From Amphiscolops sp. MND2022 (lineage: Eukaryota): a DNA stretch of 64,000 nucleotides. Under the pieces are notes generated by a model, which did no database searches, was not told the origin of the DNA, and worked only from the letters and a program-made list of their open reading frames with translations. The position numbers and the translations under genes are program-made. Location of the stretch: the NCBI GenBank assembly GCA_964187785.1, contig OZ076409.1:74712001-74776000 (forward strand), in the 5' to 3' direction. Positions 36,387-50,683 of this stretch are shown here, in pieces. How positions within the stretch are numbered: the stretch's first letter is position 1; the number at the start of each line of letters is the position of its first letter.

Positions 36387-37771
36387 GTGGTTGGGGCGGT
36401 CCCCAGAACGCACAAGGAGGCGCGGGGAGGGTCCTGCGCCGACGTAGAATAATTTCATATAATACTAGTATCCTACATGGGTGTTTTAGAGGCGATTTTG
36501 GAATCTAACCGTAGGATTTGGATAATTTTTTGCATGCGGCCATAACTCGAAATTCTAAGAACTTTTTCCTACTGTCATTTTCCCCGCAAATTGTTTTTTG
36601 TTGACTTATGGCCGAAAAACCGGAAACAACGCCCTTTTTAGACGTTATATCCGAAGTGTCGTCATAACTTTTTTCCAGGGCATGCTAGCGTTCTCGTTCA
36701 CTTTTACACTTAGTTGCAGCATCTCAAAATACAACTGGTGGAAAATTTTGGTTGCATTCGGATCACCCCCCACCGAGATAGAAGGGTTCCCCCCTCCAGT
36801 TTTACCCCCCAAATTTGCAAAATAGCCAATTTTGAGCATGAAGCCGAGGATTTAGCGTACCCATACCCTCCTGATGTTTTGTTGTACGTATTGGGGTCAA
36901 TCTGACGACATGTGTGGTTTTCACCCCCAACCCCCCCCTTGGACCGGAAATGACACTTTTTTGTGTTTTTTGGCAGAATTCAGCCTTTTTCATTATTAGG
37001 CAGTCGTTTTAGGGACTCCTAGCAGGATATCGAAACTGAAATACAACCTGATCACAACCCAGTGACAACATTTTGGCCACTTGGAGGTATCATCATGACC
37101 GGAAGTGGGGTCAACCCCCCTTTTTGTGATCGCTTTGTGACCTTGTGCACCAAAATGCCAACATCTTGAGGCCTAATGAGGCATTCAAATCTGTACAAAG
37201 ATAAAATGTTAGACAACTGAAGTCCCGGAAGATCTTTAGCATATACCGGAAATTACCCCCCATGACCGGAAGTTACCCAATGTGACCGGAAATGGTCCAA
37301 AAAAATATGTAAAACTAATTTTTTCACTATTTGAAGACCACCTCGTTGAACATTTTCAATCCCAAACCTAGCGTACTAGCTTGTGGCGTTGAATTTATCG
37401 AAATTGATAAGCTTTATCACCCCCGATAGCCTTCGAAGTTGACCTTGCGTCAACTTTGGAGGCTATCGATACTGAAAATGAACAACAAAGTACATTGTTG
37501 CTCTCGTTTTTTTCCATTGTTTTTCCTCAAACATTCTTGAGACATATGCATGGCCGTTAGTTGAAATCAATATTTTAGTCCATGTAATAGCGGGAGAAGC
37601 GAAGCGTTTCACAGGCTAGTGTGGTTTTGACCTACCTAATATTTAAAATAACAAATGACCGTCTTAGTCAACTCCACACATTCATACCAACGCCCACCGT
37701 CTGTGCCCACCACATGCCCTTCGACGACGTATGACGAATCCACTCCAACGACGCCCGCAGTCCTCAGCTAG
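36387..37771 (+). mobile_element. Unit 18: family A (1385 bp), terminal hairpin disrupted
   Basis: Near-identical to unit 27. Confidence 0.9.
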
Positions 37772-39958
37772 GTGGAGGTTATTTTATAATAATTAAAGTG
37801 TTTTTTTCCGGAGTTTGTGGCTTTGGAAAAAACAAAAGGCGAGAAATTGGGCACTCCGGGCTGAACCGTATACACTCAAAATTCGCCCAATATTTATACG
37901 ATCTCGAAACCCAGCCGTACGATTTGGCTGAAAATTTGCATGCGGCTAAAAAATCAGATTCTAAGAACTATTTCCTGCTGACATTTTTTTGAAATTTTTG
38001 TGTACGTTTCCCCCCCGCCCCCTAAAGGGGTCAATTTTCCCCAATTTTGCACTTATGAGCCAAATTCTCAAAACTGGTGGATCTGAGCGTATTCCCGGCG
38101 GGGACAACTTTTAACGCGCGCTCCTCAGTAGACCTTTTTGACTTTTAACTTTGGTGGTACGTTCACCCCCCGAGGAGGAAATGGCGTTTTTGTGACTTCC
38201 GGTCGAGGCTTTTTTCACCCAAAAAATAGAATTAAGCCAATTTTGAGCAGGAAGGAGTGGATTTAAAGTGCCTGTACCCTGCTAAAAATTTGTTGGGCTT
38301 GTAGCGATATATCTCATACCGAGTCTGGTTTTCACCCCCAAACCCCCCTTGGGACCAAAATTCACCCAAACTTTTTTTACCTCTGTTTGTAGTTTTTTTT
38401 GCAAAATGTCGTCATTTTCATGGGTAAGGAGTTGAATTAGGGGCTCCTAATAGGGTACCAATGTTCAAGTACACTTGCAGTGCAACTGAGTGACCCTTTT
38501 GGGGCCTCTCCTGTGTTCGGCGAGGACCGGAAGTGGTGTAAACCCCCCTTTTTTGACGTTTGTTGACCTTGAGACTCGCGCTTAGATGACGTTTATGTCG
38601 CGCAAATCCTACGAATCAGTATTAGGATGACATGCTAGCCTACTAGAGAGCACTAAGGGAAACTATACTATACCGGAAGTAACCCCCCGTGACCGGAAGT
38701 TGTCATTTTTGACCGGAAATGGTCCAAAACATAGCGTAAAAGCAGTTTTCATTGCTTTTAAAGTCAACTTATTACTTTTTTCAGTCTGCGCGAGCTTGTC
38801 TTCAGATTCGTTTTTGTTGTCCGTGCACACTACAACAAATATACATCTGTAGAACTTTTGCTATAATATCGTCGGAGAGAGAAATAACGGGTTTTCGGAA
38901 TTTTTTTCAAAAATGTTTGTCTATATCTATCATTTTTACCCAACGTTATTCAACAGTAGAACCACAGGGGTTAGTATCTGCCAAAATATATGCCTAACAA
39001 AACCACTCGTCCCATTGGTTGCAGTTTGAGCGTTCTAGCTTTGCCTGGTCACAAGTTGAGGGACTTCAAAAAGTTTCAAATTTTTTTGGAAAATTTTTTT
39101 TAAACGTCACGTCTCCCAAAGTTAAGAATTTTCCACACAACTAGGATTGCAAGAGAATGCACATGGTAAGACCTATAAATGGAGAGAAAAATTCCGTTCA
39201 GAACGTCTCTTTATCGTTACGTGACGTTAAAAGATGTTGCTTTGAATGTGAATTTGATAATGCGTCGAGAAGTAAAAGAGTGTGAATGGATCCTATGTCT
39301 CGACAAATACTCATCGCAATACATACGATGAACCCCAATTACCCTCACTTTCAGTTGGCTAGTACATCAGCGTCTTCCAAGGACCGTTTACCTATTTAAA
39401 AATTGTCAAATTCATTATTAATATCAGTTAGCAAGAAATATTTGAGTACATTGTCATCTCTCCCCATCGGGTGAGATGAGAATGTTCTTGCTAAAAGTCA
39501 AGTACTACGGCCCATTTTTGTTTTATTGCGACGTTTTCTGTGCCTTAGCACAAGGATACTTTTATGTCATCTCACTTTTGTTATACAATCTGACTTGTTG
39601 TTATAAAATTCTCGTCATTACTTTACCTAAACTTACTACCATGCATCTTTAACGTCAAAGCCAAATTCATTTAGACGCCCACCATTCCGTAGGTATGCCG
39701 AGGTATGCCTTTCGAAGAAGTATGGCAAAACACAAACGGGCAAATGAAAAGGGCTGAAATTCAGAAACAGTCACAAACAATTTTGACTATTTGACCGATG
39801 GTAGGTTTTTATATGGAACTTACACATCACTGACATTTCAAAACATTCCAGCTGACGCCCACTTACAAACATCAACGCCCACGGTCCGTGGGCATGCCGA
39901 GGCATGCCCTTCGACGACGTATGGCAAATACCTTTTACGACGTCCCAACTTTCCCTAG
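37772..39958 (+). mobile_element. Unit 19: family H (2187 bp)
   Basis: H body with an L-like last ~45 bp. Confidence 0.9.
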
Positions 39959-42334
39959 GTGGTCGGGGTGTGTTTCCCAGCCGATTTTGCCGCGCGGGGA
40001 GGGACCCGTTCAGCGGCCCAGGTCATTATTTTTTTACATTAAAAAAAACGATACCCCGGAAAGCGATTTCGAAACCCACCCGTAGGATCCCTCTGAATTT
40101 TTGCATACACCTCCGTATAACAGTTCTAAGAAAAAGTCAGCAAGGGCGTTTTCAGTTCTAAACGGGGAATGTTGACCAAAAAGCGCAATTTATGTCCAAA
40201 AAAATGCAATTTTTCGACTTTTTTATTTTTGACGGCCCATAGCTCTTTTCCAGATGCCCGCCCAAGTCATAAACCGGAGAAAACTTTTGTTGGGCACTTC
40301 GTGAAGAATCGTTAGGGTGATTTTCGTTTCAATCGTATTTCCTGACGTTGACTTATAGTTGGGTGAAAAAACGCAACATTTGTTACAAAAAGTGCTTTTG
40401 GTACTCAAGGGCCCATAACTCGTGACATAATCAACTGAGCAAGTTCGTGTATGATTACAGTTTTGTTGCCTATCTATAGGAGAACAAACAAGCAGAAACA
40501 AAATTTTCTGTGGGAAATCGTCAAAAAAAGATATCACAGGTTTTATACTCAATAAAACAGTGTGTTTCGGTTATCGTGGAAAAAATGTAAAATGGTGGCA
40601 TTTTTCGGCTGTTCAAGGTAGCGGGTATTTTATTGCAGTAATTAACTCACCTCTAGTAGTCATTCACCTGGATGATTTTCACTTTTGATAAATTGCATGA
40701 TAAACTTCATTTTTTGCGTCACCAATATTGACACCCACGATTACGGTCAAATTTTTCGCGTTCACGTGTTTAAATGGATATAACTTTTTTCCAGTGTGTT
40801 TTACGGTTCTCACACAGGAGTGCAAAATTGTTGCCCGTCTTAAACAGAAAATATATAGTAAGTTTGGAGTTGTTTGACGCGTTTTTGGAATAACCAGAGA
40901 TGCACATTTGACAGTTTTTTTGGCCCACGAAACACTATTTTTCAAAACCAAACAGTTTTCCCCAAAAAAGTCAAACTTCGTCCACACAACTTAGATTGCA
41001 AGTGGATGCATGCGGAGAGTACTTGAAACGATGAGAAAAATGAGCTATAGAACGCTCCTTTACGACAACCTGACGTGGACTTAGGATAGTTTGAAAAATT
41101 ACGAAAAAAAAGAACAACGGTTCCAAAACAATCAGTTTGTAGTAAATGGCCAATAACTCCATACACAACCCTCCGCGCAAGCTAGTGTCCAAGTACGTTT
41201 TTGTTACCCGTCAACAGTGCAACAAATAAGTAAAAGTAAAACTTTATGTACAGAATCGTCGGAGATAGAAATAACGGGATTTTATATCACATTTAAGAGA
41301 CAAAATTGAAAAATTAGTCTATTCCTGGCATTTTACCTAAACTTTTTCGACAGTACACATACAGGAGGTAAAATTGGCCCAATATCATGCCTAACAAAAC
41401 TATTTGATCCATTGGCCGCAATTTGAGCGTTCCACTTTTCCCCAGTCATAAATTATGGGACTTCGAAAATTTTCAAAAGTTCCATTTTTCAACAAAATTC
41501 CAAATTCAGGCCTCCCAAAGGTAAGAAAGTTCCACACAACTAGGATTGCAAGTGGTTGCATGTGGAAAGTACTCGAACCGACGCGAAAAATGGGCTTTAG
41601 AACGTCTCTCTATCGTAACCTGACGTTGACTTAGGATGTTTTGAATGTGAGATTGCTACGTGGTCGAGAAATGTAAGTGGAACATATATCTCGTCGAAAA
41701 CTCATCGGAAAACATTCAATGAACCCCAATCACCCTAACTTGCAGTTTCTTAGTGCAACAACGTCTGTCAAGGACATTTTTTGATAAGAGTCGAAATTAT
41801 TATTAAATGCAGTTAGCAAGAAACACTTGAGTACATTCTCATCTCTCCCCATCGGGGGAGATGAGAATGTACTTGCTAAAACGGTCTTTTGTTCCCATGC
41901 CAGGCGTTCTGTGCTTTGGCACATAAATACCTTTGTTTCGTCTGACGTTTCGGATAAACGGTGACTTTTCATTAAATTTCCCGTCATTACTTTACGTAAC
42001 ATAATCTTTCTACCATTCACCTTTAACTTCAAAGCCACATAAATTTAGACTCCTATCGTCGAAAAACATACCGCGGCATCTTTTTCGACGACGTATGCCG
42101 AAACACAAACGCGAACAAAAGTGCTGATTTTCAGAAACGGTGACAAACAATTTTGACTGTTTGACATAACATTTGGTAGGTTCTTATATGGAACTTACAC
42201 ATCACTGATATTTCACAACATTCCAGCTGACGCCCACATACCAACATCAACGCCCACCGTCCGTGGGCATGCCGAGGCATGCCCTTCGACGACGTATGGC
42301 AAATAATTTTAGCGACGCCCCCACTGCCCCCTAG
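39959..42334 (+). mobile_element. Unit 20: family L (2376 bp)
   Basis: Head GTGGTCGGGGTGTGTTTCCCAGCC; closest to unit 29. Confidence 0.9.
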
Positions 42335-43729
42335 GTGGTCGGGTATTTTTTTTTACTCGTATATGACGTTTGCGAGGCTTTGGGGAGGGCCCCGTGCCGA
42401 GCCTGTACCGAAATTGGCCACATGTAGAAATCTGGCACTAAAATGCGAGATCTCAAAAAGTAGCCGTTAGAAATTTCTGAAAATTTGCATGTGGCTCTGA
42501 ATCAATGAGTAATGAAAAAGTGTAGAAGTGACCACCTCTGAAAAAATGGTCCTTGTTGCACTTTTTGCGCAATTTCTGTCGCATTGTTGCGTTTTTTATG
42601 TCATTTTCGACTTTGGAGGCAAAAAACTCATAGATGCTTTATTCCTAGCGTACCAAGTGTGGAGCATGAAAAGTTGCAGCATCTTCAATAACGTATGCTG
42701 AGAAAATTTGGTTGCCCTCTGGTTACCCCCCACAGAGATAGAGGGGTGCTTCCGGTTACTTTTGACCCGCTAAATTTGGGAAACTGCTAATTTTCGTAAA
42801 GAAGCCGTAGATTTAGCGTGTCCACACCCTGTTGAAGTATTGTTAGGCATTTTAAGATAGATCCGATGACATGCGTTCAGTTCACCCCCCATCACCCCCT
42901 GGACCGGAAATGAATTTTTTTGTGTACTTTAAGACCGGAAGTCTCCATTTTCACCGGTAAGGAGTCCTTGTACGAGCAACTAGCAAGACATCAAAATTGA
43001 AGGAAAACCTGGGGTCAACTTAGTGACCACGTGTTGTTCAGTCATGGGTTCCGCTAAGACCGGAAATGGGGTCAAAACCCCCCTTTTGGTCGTTTTTTTA
43101 TCAGTTTGACCAGAGTTTTTTCCACGTTCAAGTCGCAATGCACATCAAACCAGTGTGAACATAAACTACATATTTATTGAGTAGACGTACCTGACACTGC
43201 CATATACCGGAAGTAACCCCCCTGACCGGAAGTTGTCAATTTTGACCAGAAATGGTCCAAAAAGTAGCGATAAATCAGTTTCTCACTGGTTTTTAAGGTC
43301 AAGTTATTACTTTTTTTCTTTCTTATTGTTTTTTTCCTACTGAAAAACATACTTTGTAGCTTGTTTGGCTAAAGTTCTGGAAAGGGATCACCTTTATCAC
43401 CCCCGATAGCCTTCCAAGTTGACCTTGGGTCAATCTTGAAGGCTATCAGTTCAGAAAACGAAAAATTGTGGAAATTGGGTTTCTCCTTTTTGTTGTAATT
43501 TTTTCCATAAAGTCAATATGTTAAATAAGGCTTTTGTTCACCTGAGTGATCTGAAACTTGTCCAGAGGTGTCACACACACGAATACCATTTCAAGTTGAA
43601 GTAAACATATGAGGGTAGTATTAGACAACATCACACACAATTACCAACGCCCACCGTCCGTGGGCATGCCAAGGCATGCCCTTCGACGACGTATGCCAAA
43701 TAGCGCCACAGGGCGCCCCTATTTGCTAG
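42335..43729 (+). mobile_element. Unit 21: family G (1395 bp)
   Basis: Homologous to unit 9. Confidence 0.85.
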
Positions 43730-45920
43730 GTGGAGGTTATTTTATAATAATTAAAGTGTTTTTTTCCGGAGTTTGTGGCTTTGGAAAAAACAAAAGGCGA
43801 GAAATTGGGCACTCCGGGCTGAACCGTATACACTCAAAATTCGCCCAATATTTATACGATCTCGAAACCCAGCCGTACGATTTGGCTGAAAATTTGCATG
43901 CGGCTAAAGAATCAGATTCTAAGAATTATTTCCTGCTGACATTTTTTTGAAATTTTTGTGTACGTTTCCCCCCCGCCCCCTAAAGGGGTCAATTTTCCCC
44001 AATTTTGCACTTATGAGTCAAATTCTCAAAACTGGTGGATCTGAGCGCATTCCCGACGGGGACAACTTTTAACAAGCGCTCTTCAGTAGACCATTTTGAA
44101 TTTTTACTTTGGTGGTACGTTTACCCCCCAAGGAGGAAATGGCGTTTTTGTGACTTCCGGTCGAGACTTTTTTCACCCAAAAAATAGAAATAAGCCAGTT
44201 TTGAGCAGGAAGGAGTGGATTTAAAGTGTCTGTACCCTGCTAAAAATTTGTTGGGCTTGTAGCGATATATCTCATACCAAGTCTGGTTTTCACCCCCAAA
44301 CCCCCCTCGAGACCAAAATTCACCCAAACGTTTTACCTCTATTTGTGGTTTTTTCACAAAATGTCGTCATTTCCATCGGCAAAGATTTGAATTAGGGGCT
44401 CCTAATAGGGTACCAAAGTTCAAGTACACTTGGAGTGCAACTAAGTGACCCTTTTTGGGCCTCTCGTGTGTTCGGCAATGACCGGAAGTGGTATTAACCC
44501 CCCTTTTTTGACGTTTGTTGACCTTGAGACTCGTGCTTAGATGACGTTTATGTCGCGCAAATCCTACAAACCAGTATTAGGATGACATGCTAGCCAACTA
44601 GAGAGCAATAAGGGAAACTATACTATACCGGAAGTAACCCCCTCTTGACCGGAAGTTGTCATTTTTGACCGGAAATGGTCCAAAACCTAGCGTGAAAGCA
44701 GTTTTTCATTGCTTTTAAAGTCAACTTATTACTTTTTTCACTCTGCGCGAGCTTGCCTTCAGGTTCGTTAGTGTTGCCCGTGCACACTGCAACAAATATA
44801 CATCTGTAACATTTTCGCTATAATATCGTCGGAGAGAGAAATAACGGGTTTTTGGGATTTTTTTCAAAAATATTAGTCTTTATCTGTCATTTTTACCCAA
44901 CGTCGTTATTGAACAGTAGAACCATAGGGGTTAGTCTTTGCCCAAATATATGCCTAACACAAGCACTTGTCCCATTGGTTGCAGTTTGAGCGTTCTAGCT
45001 TTGCCTGGTCACAAGTTAGGGGACTTGAAAAACTTTCAAAATCATTTCCGAAATTTTTTTCTATACGTCACGTCTCCCAAAGTTAAGAAACTTCCTCACA
45101 ACTAGGACTGCAAGTGAAAGCATGTGGTAAGACCTATAAATGGAGAGAAAAACTCCGTTTAGAACGTCTCTTTATCGTAACGTGATGTTAAGAGATGTTG
45201 CTTTGAATGTGAGTTTGATAATGCGTCGAGAAGTAAAAGTGTGTAAATGGAACCTTTGTCTCGATAAATACTCATCGCAATACATGCGATGAACCCCAAT
45301 TACCCTCAGTTTCAGTTGCTTAGTACATCAACGTCCTCCAAGGACATTTATCTATTTTGAAAAGTGTCGAAATCATTATTAAAATCAGTTATCAAGAAAC
45401 ACTTAAGTACATTCTCATCTCTCCCCATCGGGTGAGATGAGAATGTTCTTGCTAAAAGCCAGGTACTACGGCCCCCTTTTGTTTTGATGCGATGCATTCT
45501 CTGCTTTAGCACATAGATATTTTATTTCGCCTCATTGTTTGTATACTCTCTGACTTGTTGTTATAAATCTCTCGTCATTACTTTACATAAATATACAACC
45601 AAAAATCATCATCGTCACGCCACATACATTTAGACGCCCACCATTCCGTAGGTATGTCGAGGCATACCTTTCGATTACGAATGTCAAAACGCAAACGCGA
45701 TAAAAAGTGCTGAATGTCTGAAACAGTGACAAACACTTTTGACTATTTGACATATGGTAGGTTTTAATATGGGAGTTACACATCACTGACATTTCACATC
45801 ATTCCAGCTGACGCCCACATACCAACAACAACGCCCACCGTCCGTGGGCATGCCGAGGCATGCCCTTCGACGACGTATGCCAATTTCTGTAAATCTACAC
45901 CCAATTGCGGTAGCTGCTAG
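43730..45920 (+). mobile_element. Unit 22: family H (2191 bp)
   Basis: Full-length H copy. Confidence 0.9.
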
Positions 45921-48305
45921 GTGGTCGGGGTGTGTTTCCCAGCCAATTTCGCCGCGCGGGGAGGGACCCGTTCAGCGGCCCAGGTCATTATTTTTTTACA
46001 TTAAAAAAAACGATACCCCGGAAAGCGATTTCGAAACCCACCCGTAGGATCCCTCTGAATTTTTGCATACACCTCCGTATAACAGTTCTAAGAAAAAGTC
46101 AGCAAGGGCGTTTTCAGTTCTAAACGGGGAATGTTGACCAAAAAGCGCAATTTATGTCCAAAAAAATGCAATTTTTCGACTTTTTTATTTTTGACGGCCC
46201 ACAGCTCTTTTCCAGATGCCCGCCCAAGTCATAAACCGGAGTAAACTTTTGTTGGGCACTTCGTGAAGAATCTTTAGGGTGATTTTCGTTTCATTCCTAT
46301 TTCCTGACGTTGACTTATGGTTGGGTGAAAAAACGCAACAAGTGTTACAAAAAGTGCTTTTGGTACTCAAGGGCCCATAACTCGTGACAAAATCAATTGA
46401 GCAAGTTCGTGTATACTTACGATTTTGTTGCCTATCTATAGGAGAACAAACAAGCAGCTACAAAATTTTCTGTGGGAAATCGTCAAAAAAAGATCTCACA
46501 GGTTTTATACTCAAAAAAACAGTGTTTTTCGGTTATCGTGGAAAAAATGTAAAATGGTGGCATTTTTCGGCTGTTTAAGGTAGCGGGTATTTTATTGCAG
46601 TTATTAACTCACCTCTAGTAGCCATTTACTTGGATGATTTTCAATTTTGATAAATTACATGATAAACTGCATTTTTTGCGTCACCAATATTGACACCCAC
46701 GATTACAATCACTTTTTTCGCGTTCACGTTTTTGAGTGGATATAACTTTTTTCCAGTGCGTTTTACGGTCTTCATCCAGGAGCACAAAATTGTTGGCCGT
46801 CTTAAGCAGAAAATATATGGTAAGTTTAGAGTCATTTGAAACGTTTTTGAAATGTCCAGAGATGCACAAATTTACAGTTTTTTTGCCCACAAAACACTAT
46901 TTTACGAAACCCAACACTTTTTGCCAAAAAAGTCAAATTTCGTCCACACAACTTAGGTTGCAAGTGGATGCATGCGGAGAGTACTTGAAATGATGAGAAA
47001 AATGAGCTATAGAACGCTCATTTACGACAACCTGACGTGGACTTAGGATAATTTGAAAAATTACGAAAATAAAGAACAACGGTTCCAAAACCATCAGTTT
47101 GTAGTAAATGGCCAATAACTCCATACACAACCCTCCGCGCAAGCTAGTGTCCAAGTACGTTTTTGTTACCCGTGAACAGTGCAACAAATAAGTAAAAGTA
47201 AAACTTTATGTAGAGAATCGTGGGAGAAAGAAATAACGGGATTTTATATCACATTTAAGAGACCAAAGTGAAAAATTAGTCTATTCCTGGCATTTTACCT
47301 AAACTTTTTCGACAATACACATACAGGAGGTAAAATTGGCCCTAAATTAAGTCTAACAAAACTATTTGATCCATTGGCCGCAATTTGAGCGTTCCACCTT
47401 TCCCCAGTCATAAATTATGGGACTTCGAAAATTTTCAAAATTTCCATTTTTCAACAAAATTTCGACTTCAGGCGTCCCAAAGGTAAGAAAGTCCCACACA
47501 ACTAGGATTGCAAGTGGATGCATGTGAAAAGTACTTGAATAGACGAGAAAAATGGGCTATAGAACGTCTCTCTATCGTAAGCTGACGTTGACTTATGATG
47601 TTTTGAATGTGAGTTTGCTAACGGGTGGAGAAGTCAAAGTGTAAAAGTGGAACATATGTCTGGTCGAAAACTCATCGGTATACATGCAATGAACCCCAAT
47701 CACCTTCAATTGCAGTTGACTAGTGCAAAAACGTCTGTCAAGGACAATTTTTGATAAGTGTCGATATCTTTATTAAATTCAGTTAGCAAGAAACTCTTGG
47801 GTACATTCTCATCTCTCCCCATCGGGGGAGATGAGAATGTACTTGCTAAAACGGTCTCCGTTGTTTTCATGCGAGACATTATGGGCTCTGGCAAATAGAT
47901 AGATAACTTTGTTTCGTCTGACTTTCTGATAAACGTTGACTTGTCATTAAGTTTCCCGTCGTTACTTTACGCAACATAAACTCTCTACCATTCACCTTTA
48001 AATTCAAAGCCACATAGATTTAGAATCCAATGATCGAAAAACATACCGAGGCATGTTTTCGACGACATTTGCCGAAATACAAACGTGAAGAAATTACTGA
48101 GAGATTCAGAAACAGTGACAACCACTTCTGACTTTTTGACATATGGTATGTTTTTATATGGAACTTACACATCAATGATATTTCGCAACATTCCAGCTGA
48201 CGCCAACCTACCAACATCAACGCCCACTGTCCGTGGGCATGCCGAGGCATGCCCTTCGACGACGTATAGCAAATCCACCCCTCCGACGCCCCCGCCTAAC
48301 TCTAG
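45921..48305 (+). mobile_element. Unit 23: family L (2385 bp)
   Basis: Full-length L copy. Confidence 0.9.
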
Positions 48306-50683
48306 GTGGTCGGGGTGTGTTTCCCAGCCAATTTTGCCGCGCGGGGAGGGACCCGTTCAGCGGCCCAGGTCATTATTTTTTTACATTAAAAAAAACGATA
48401 CCCCGGAAAGCGATTTCGAAACCCACCCGTAGGATCCCTCTGAATTTTTGCATACACCTCCGTATAACAGATGTAAGAAAAAGTCAGCAAGGGCGTTTTC
48501 AGTTCTAAACGGGGAATGTTGACCAAAAAGCGCAATTTATGTCCAAAAAAATGCAATTTTTCGACTTTTTTATTTTTGACGGCCCATAGCGTTTTCCCAG
48601 ATGCCCGCCCAAGTCATAAACCGGAGTAAACTTTTGTTGGGCACTTCGTGAAGAATCTTTAGGGTGATTTTCGTTTCAATCCTATTTGCTGACGTTGACT
48701 TATGGTTGGGTGAAAAAACGCAACATTTGTCACAAAAAGTGCTTTTGGTACTCAAGGCCCCATAACTCGTGACATAATCAATTGAGCAAGTTCGTGTATA
48801 CCTACGATTTTGTTGCCTATCTCTAGGAGAACAAACAAGGGGAAACAAAATTTTCTGTGGGAAATCGTCAAAAAAAGATATCACAGGTTTTATACTCAAT
48901 AAAACAGTGTTTTTCGGTTATCGTGGAAAAAATGTAAAATAGTGGCATTTTTCGGCTGTTTAAGGTAGCGGGTATTTTATTGCAGTTATTAACTCACCTC
49001 TAGTAGTCATTTACTTGGATGATTTTCACTTTTGATAAATTGCATGATAAACTTCATTTTTCGCGTCACCAATATTGACACCCACGATTACAGTCAAATT
49101 TTTCGCGTTCACGTTTTTGAGTGGATATAACTTTTTTCCAGTGCGTTTTACGGTCTTCATCCAGGAGCACAAAATTGTTGGCCGTCTTAAGCAGAAAATA
49201 TATGGTAAGTTTAGAGTCATTTGAAACGTTTTTGAAATGTCCAGAGATGCACAAATTTACAGTTTTTTTGCCCACAAAACACAATTTTACGAAACCCAAC
49301 ACTTTTTGCCAAAAAAGTCAAACTTCGTCCACACAACATAGATTGCAAGTGGATGCATGCGGAGAGTACTTGAAATGATAAGAAAAATGAGCTATAGAAC
49401 GCTCATTTACGACAACCTGACGTGGACTTAGGATAATTTGAAAAATTACGAAAATAGAGAACAACGGTTCCAAAACAATCAGTTTGTAGTAAATGGCCAA
49501 TAATTCCATACACAACCCACCGCGCAAGCTAGTGTCCAAGTACGTTTTTGTTACCCGTGAACAGGGCAACAAATAAGTAAAGGTAAAACTTTATGAAGAA
49601 TATCGTCAGTGGAAGAAATAACGTGATTTTATGTCACATTTGAGTGACAAATTTGAAAAATTAGTCTATTCCGGGCATTTTACCTAAACTTTTTCGACAG
49701 TACACATACAGGGGGTAAAATTGGCCAAATATCATGACTAACAAAACTATTTGATCCATTGGCCGCAATTTGAGCGTTCCACCTTTCCCCAGTCATAAAT
49801 TATGGGACTTCGAAAATTTTCAAAATTTCCATTTTTCAACAAAATTTCAAATTCAGGCCCCCCAAAGGTAAGAAAGTTCCACACAACTAGGATTGCAAGT
49901 GGTTGCATGTGGAAAGTACTCGAACTGACGAGAAAAATGGGCTTTAGAACGTCTCTCTATCGTAACCTGACGTTGACTTATGATGTTTTGAATGTGAGAT
50001 TGCTACGGGGTCGAGAAGTGTAAGTGGAACATATGTCTCGTCGAAAACTCATCGGAATACATCCAATGAACCCCAATCACCCTCAATTGCAGTTTCCTAG
50101 TGCAACAACTTCTGTCAAGGACCTTTTTTGATAAGAGTCGAAATTATTATTAAATTCAGTTAGCAAGAAACACCTGAGTACATTCTCATCTCTCCCCATC
50201 GGGGGAGATGAGAATGTACTTGCAAATTGGCCTCATTTGTTTTCATGCGAGGCATTCTGTGCTTTGGCACACATAGATAACTTTGTTTTGTCTGTCTTTT
50301 TGCATATACTTTAAATTGTCATTAGAAATTTGCCGACTTTACTTTACGTAAAATTAACTTTCTACCATGCACCTTTAACGTCAAAGCCACATAAATTTAG
50401 ACTCCTATCATCGAAAAACATACCGCGGCATCTTTTTCGATGACGTATGCCGAAACACAAATGTGAAAAAAAGTGATGAGATTCAGAAACAGTGACAAAC
50501 AATTTTTACTATTTGACATAAGGTAGGTTTTTATATGGACCTTACACATCACTGATATTTAATAACAATCCAGCTGACGAACACATACCAACATCACCGC
50601 CCACCGTCCGTAGGCATGCCGAGGCATGCCTTTCGACGACGTATGCCTAATCCATTCCTCCGACGCCCCCACTCCGCCCCTAG
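48306..50683 (+). mobile_element. Unit 24: family L (2378 bp)
   Basis: Full-length L copy. Confidence 0.9.
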
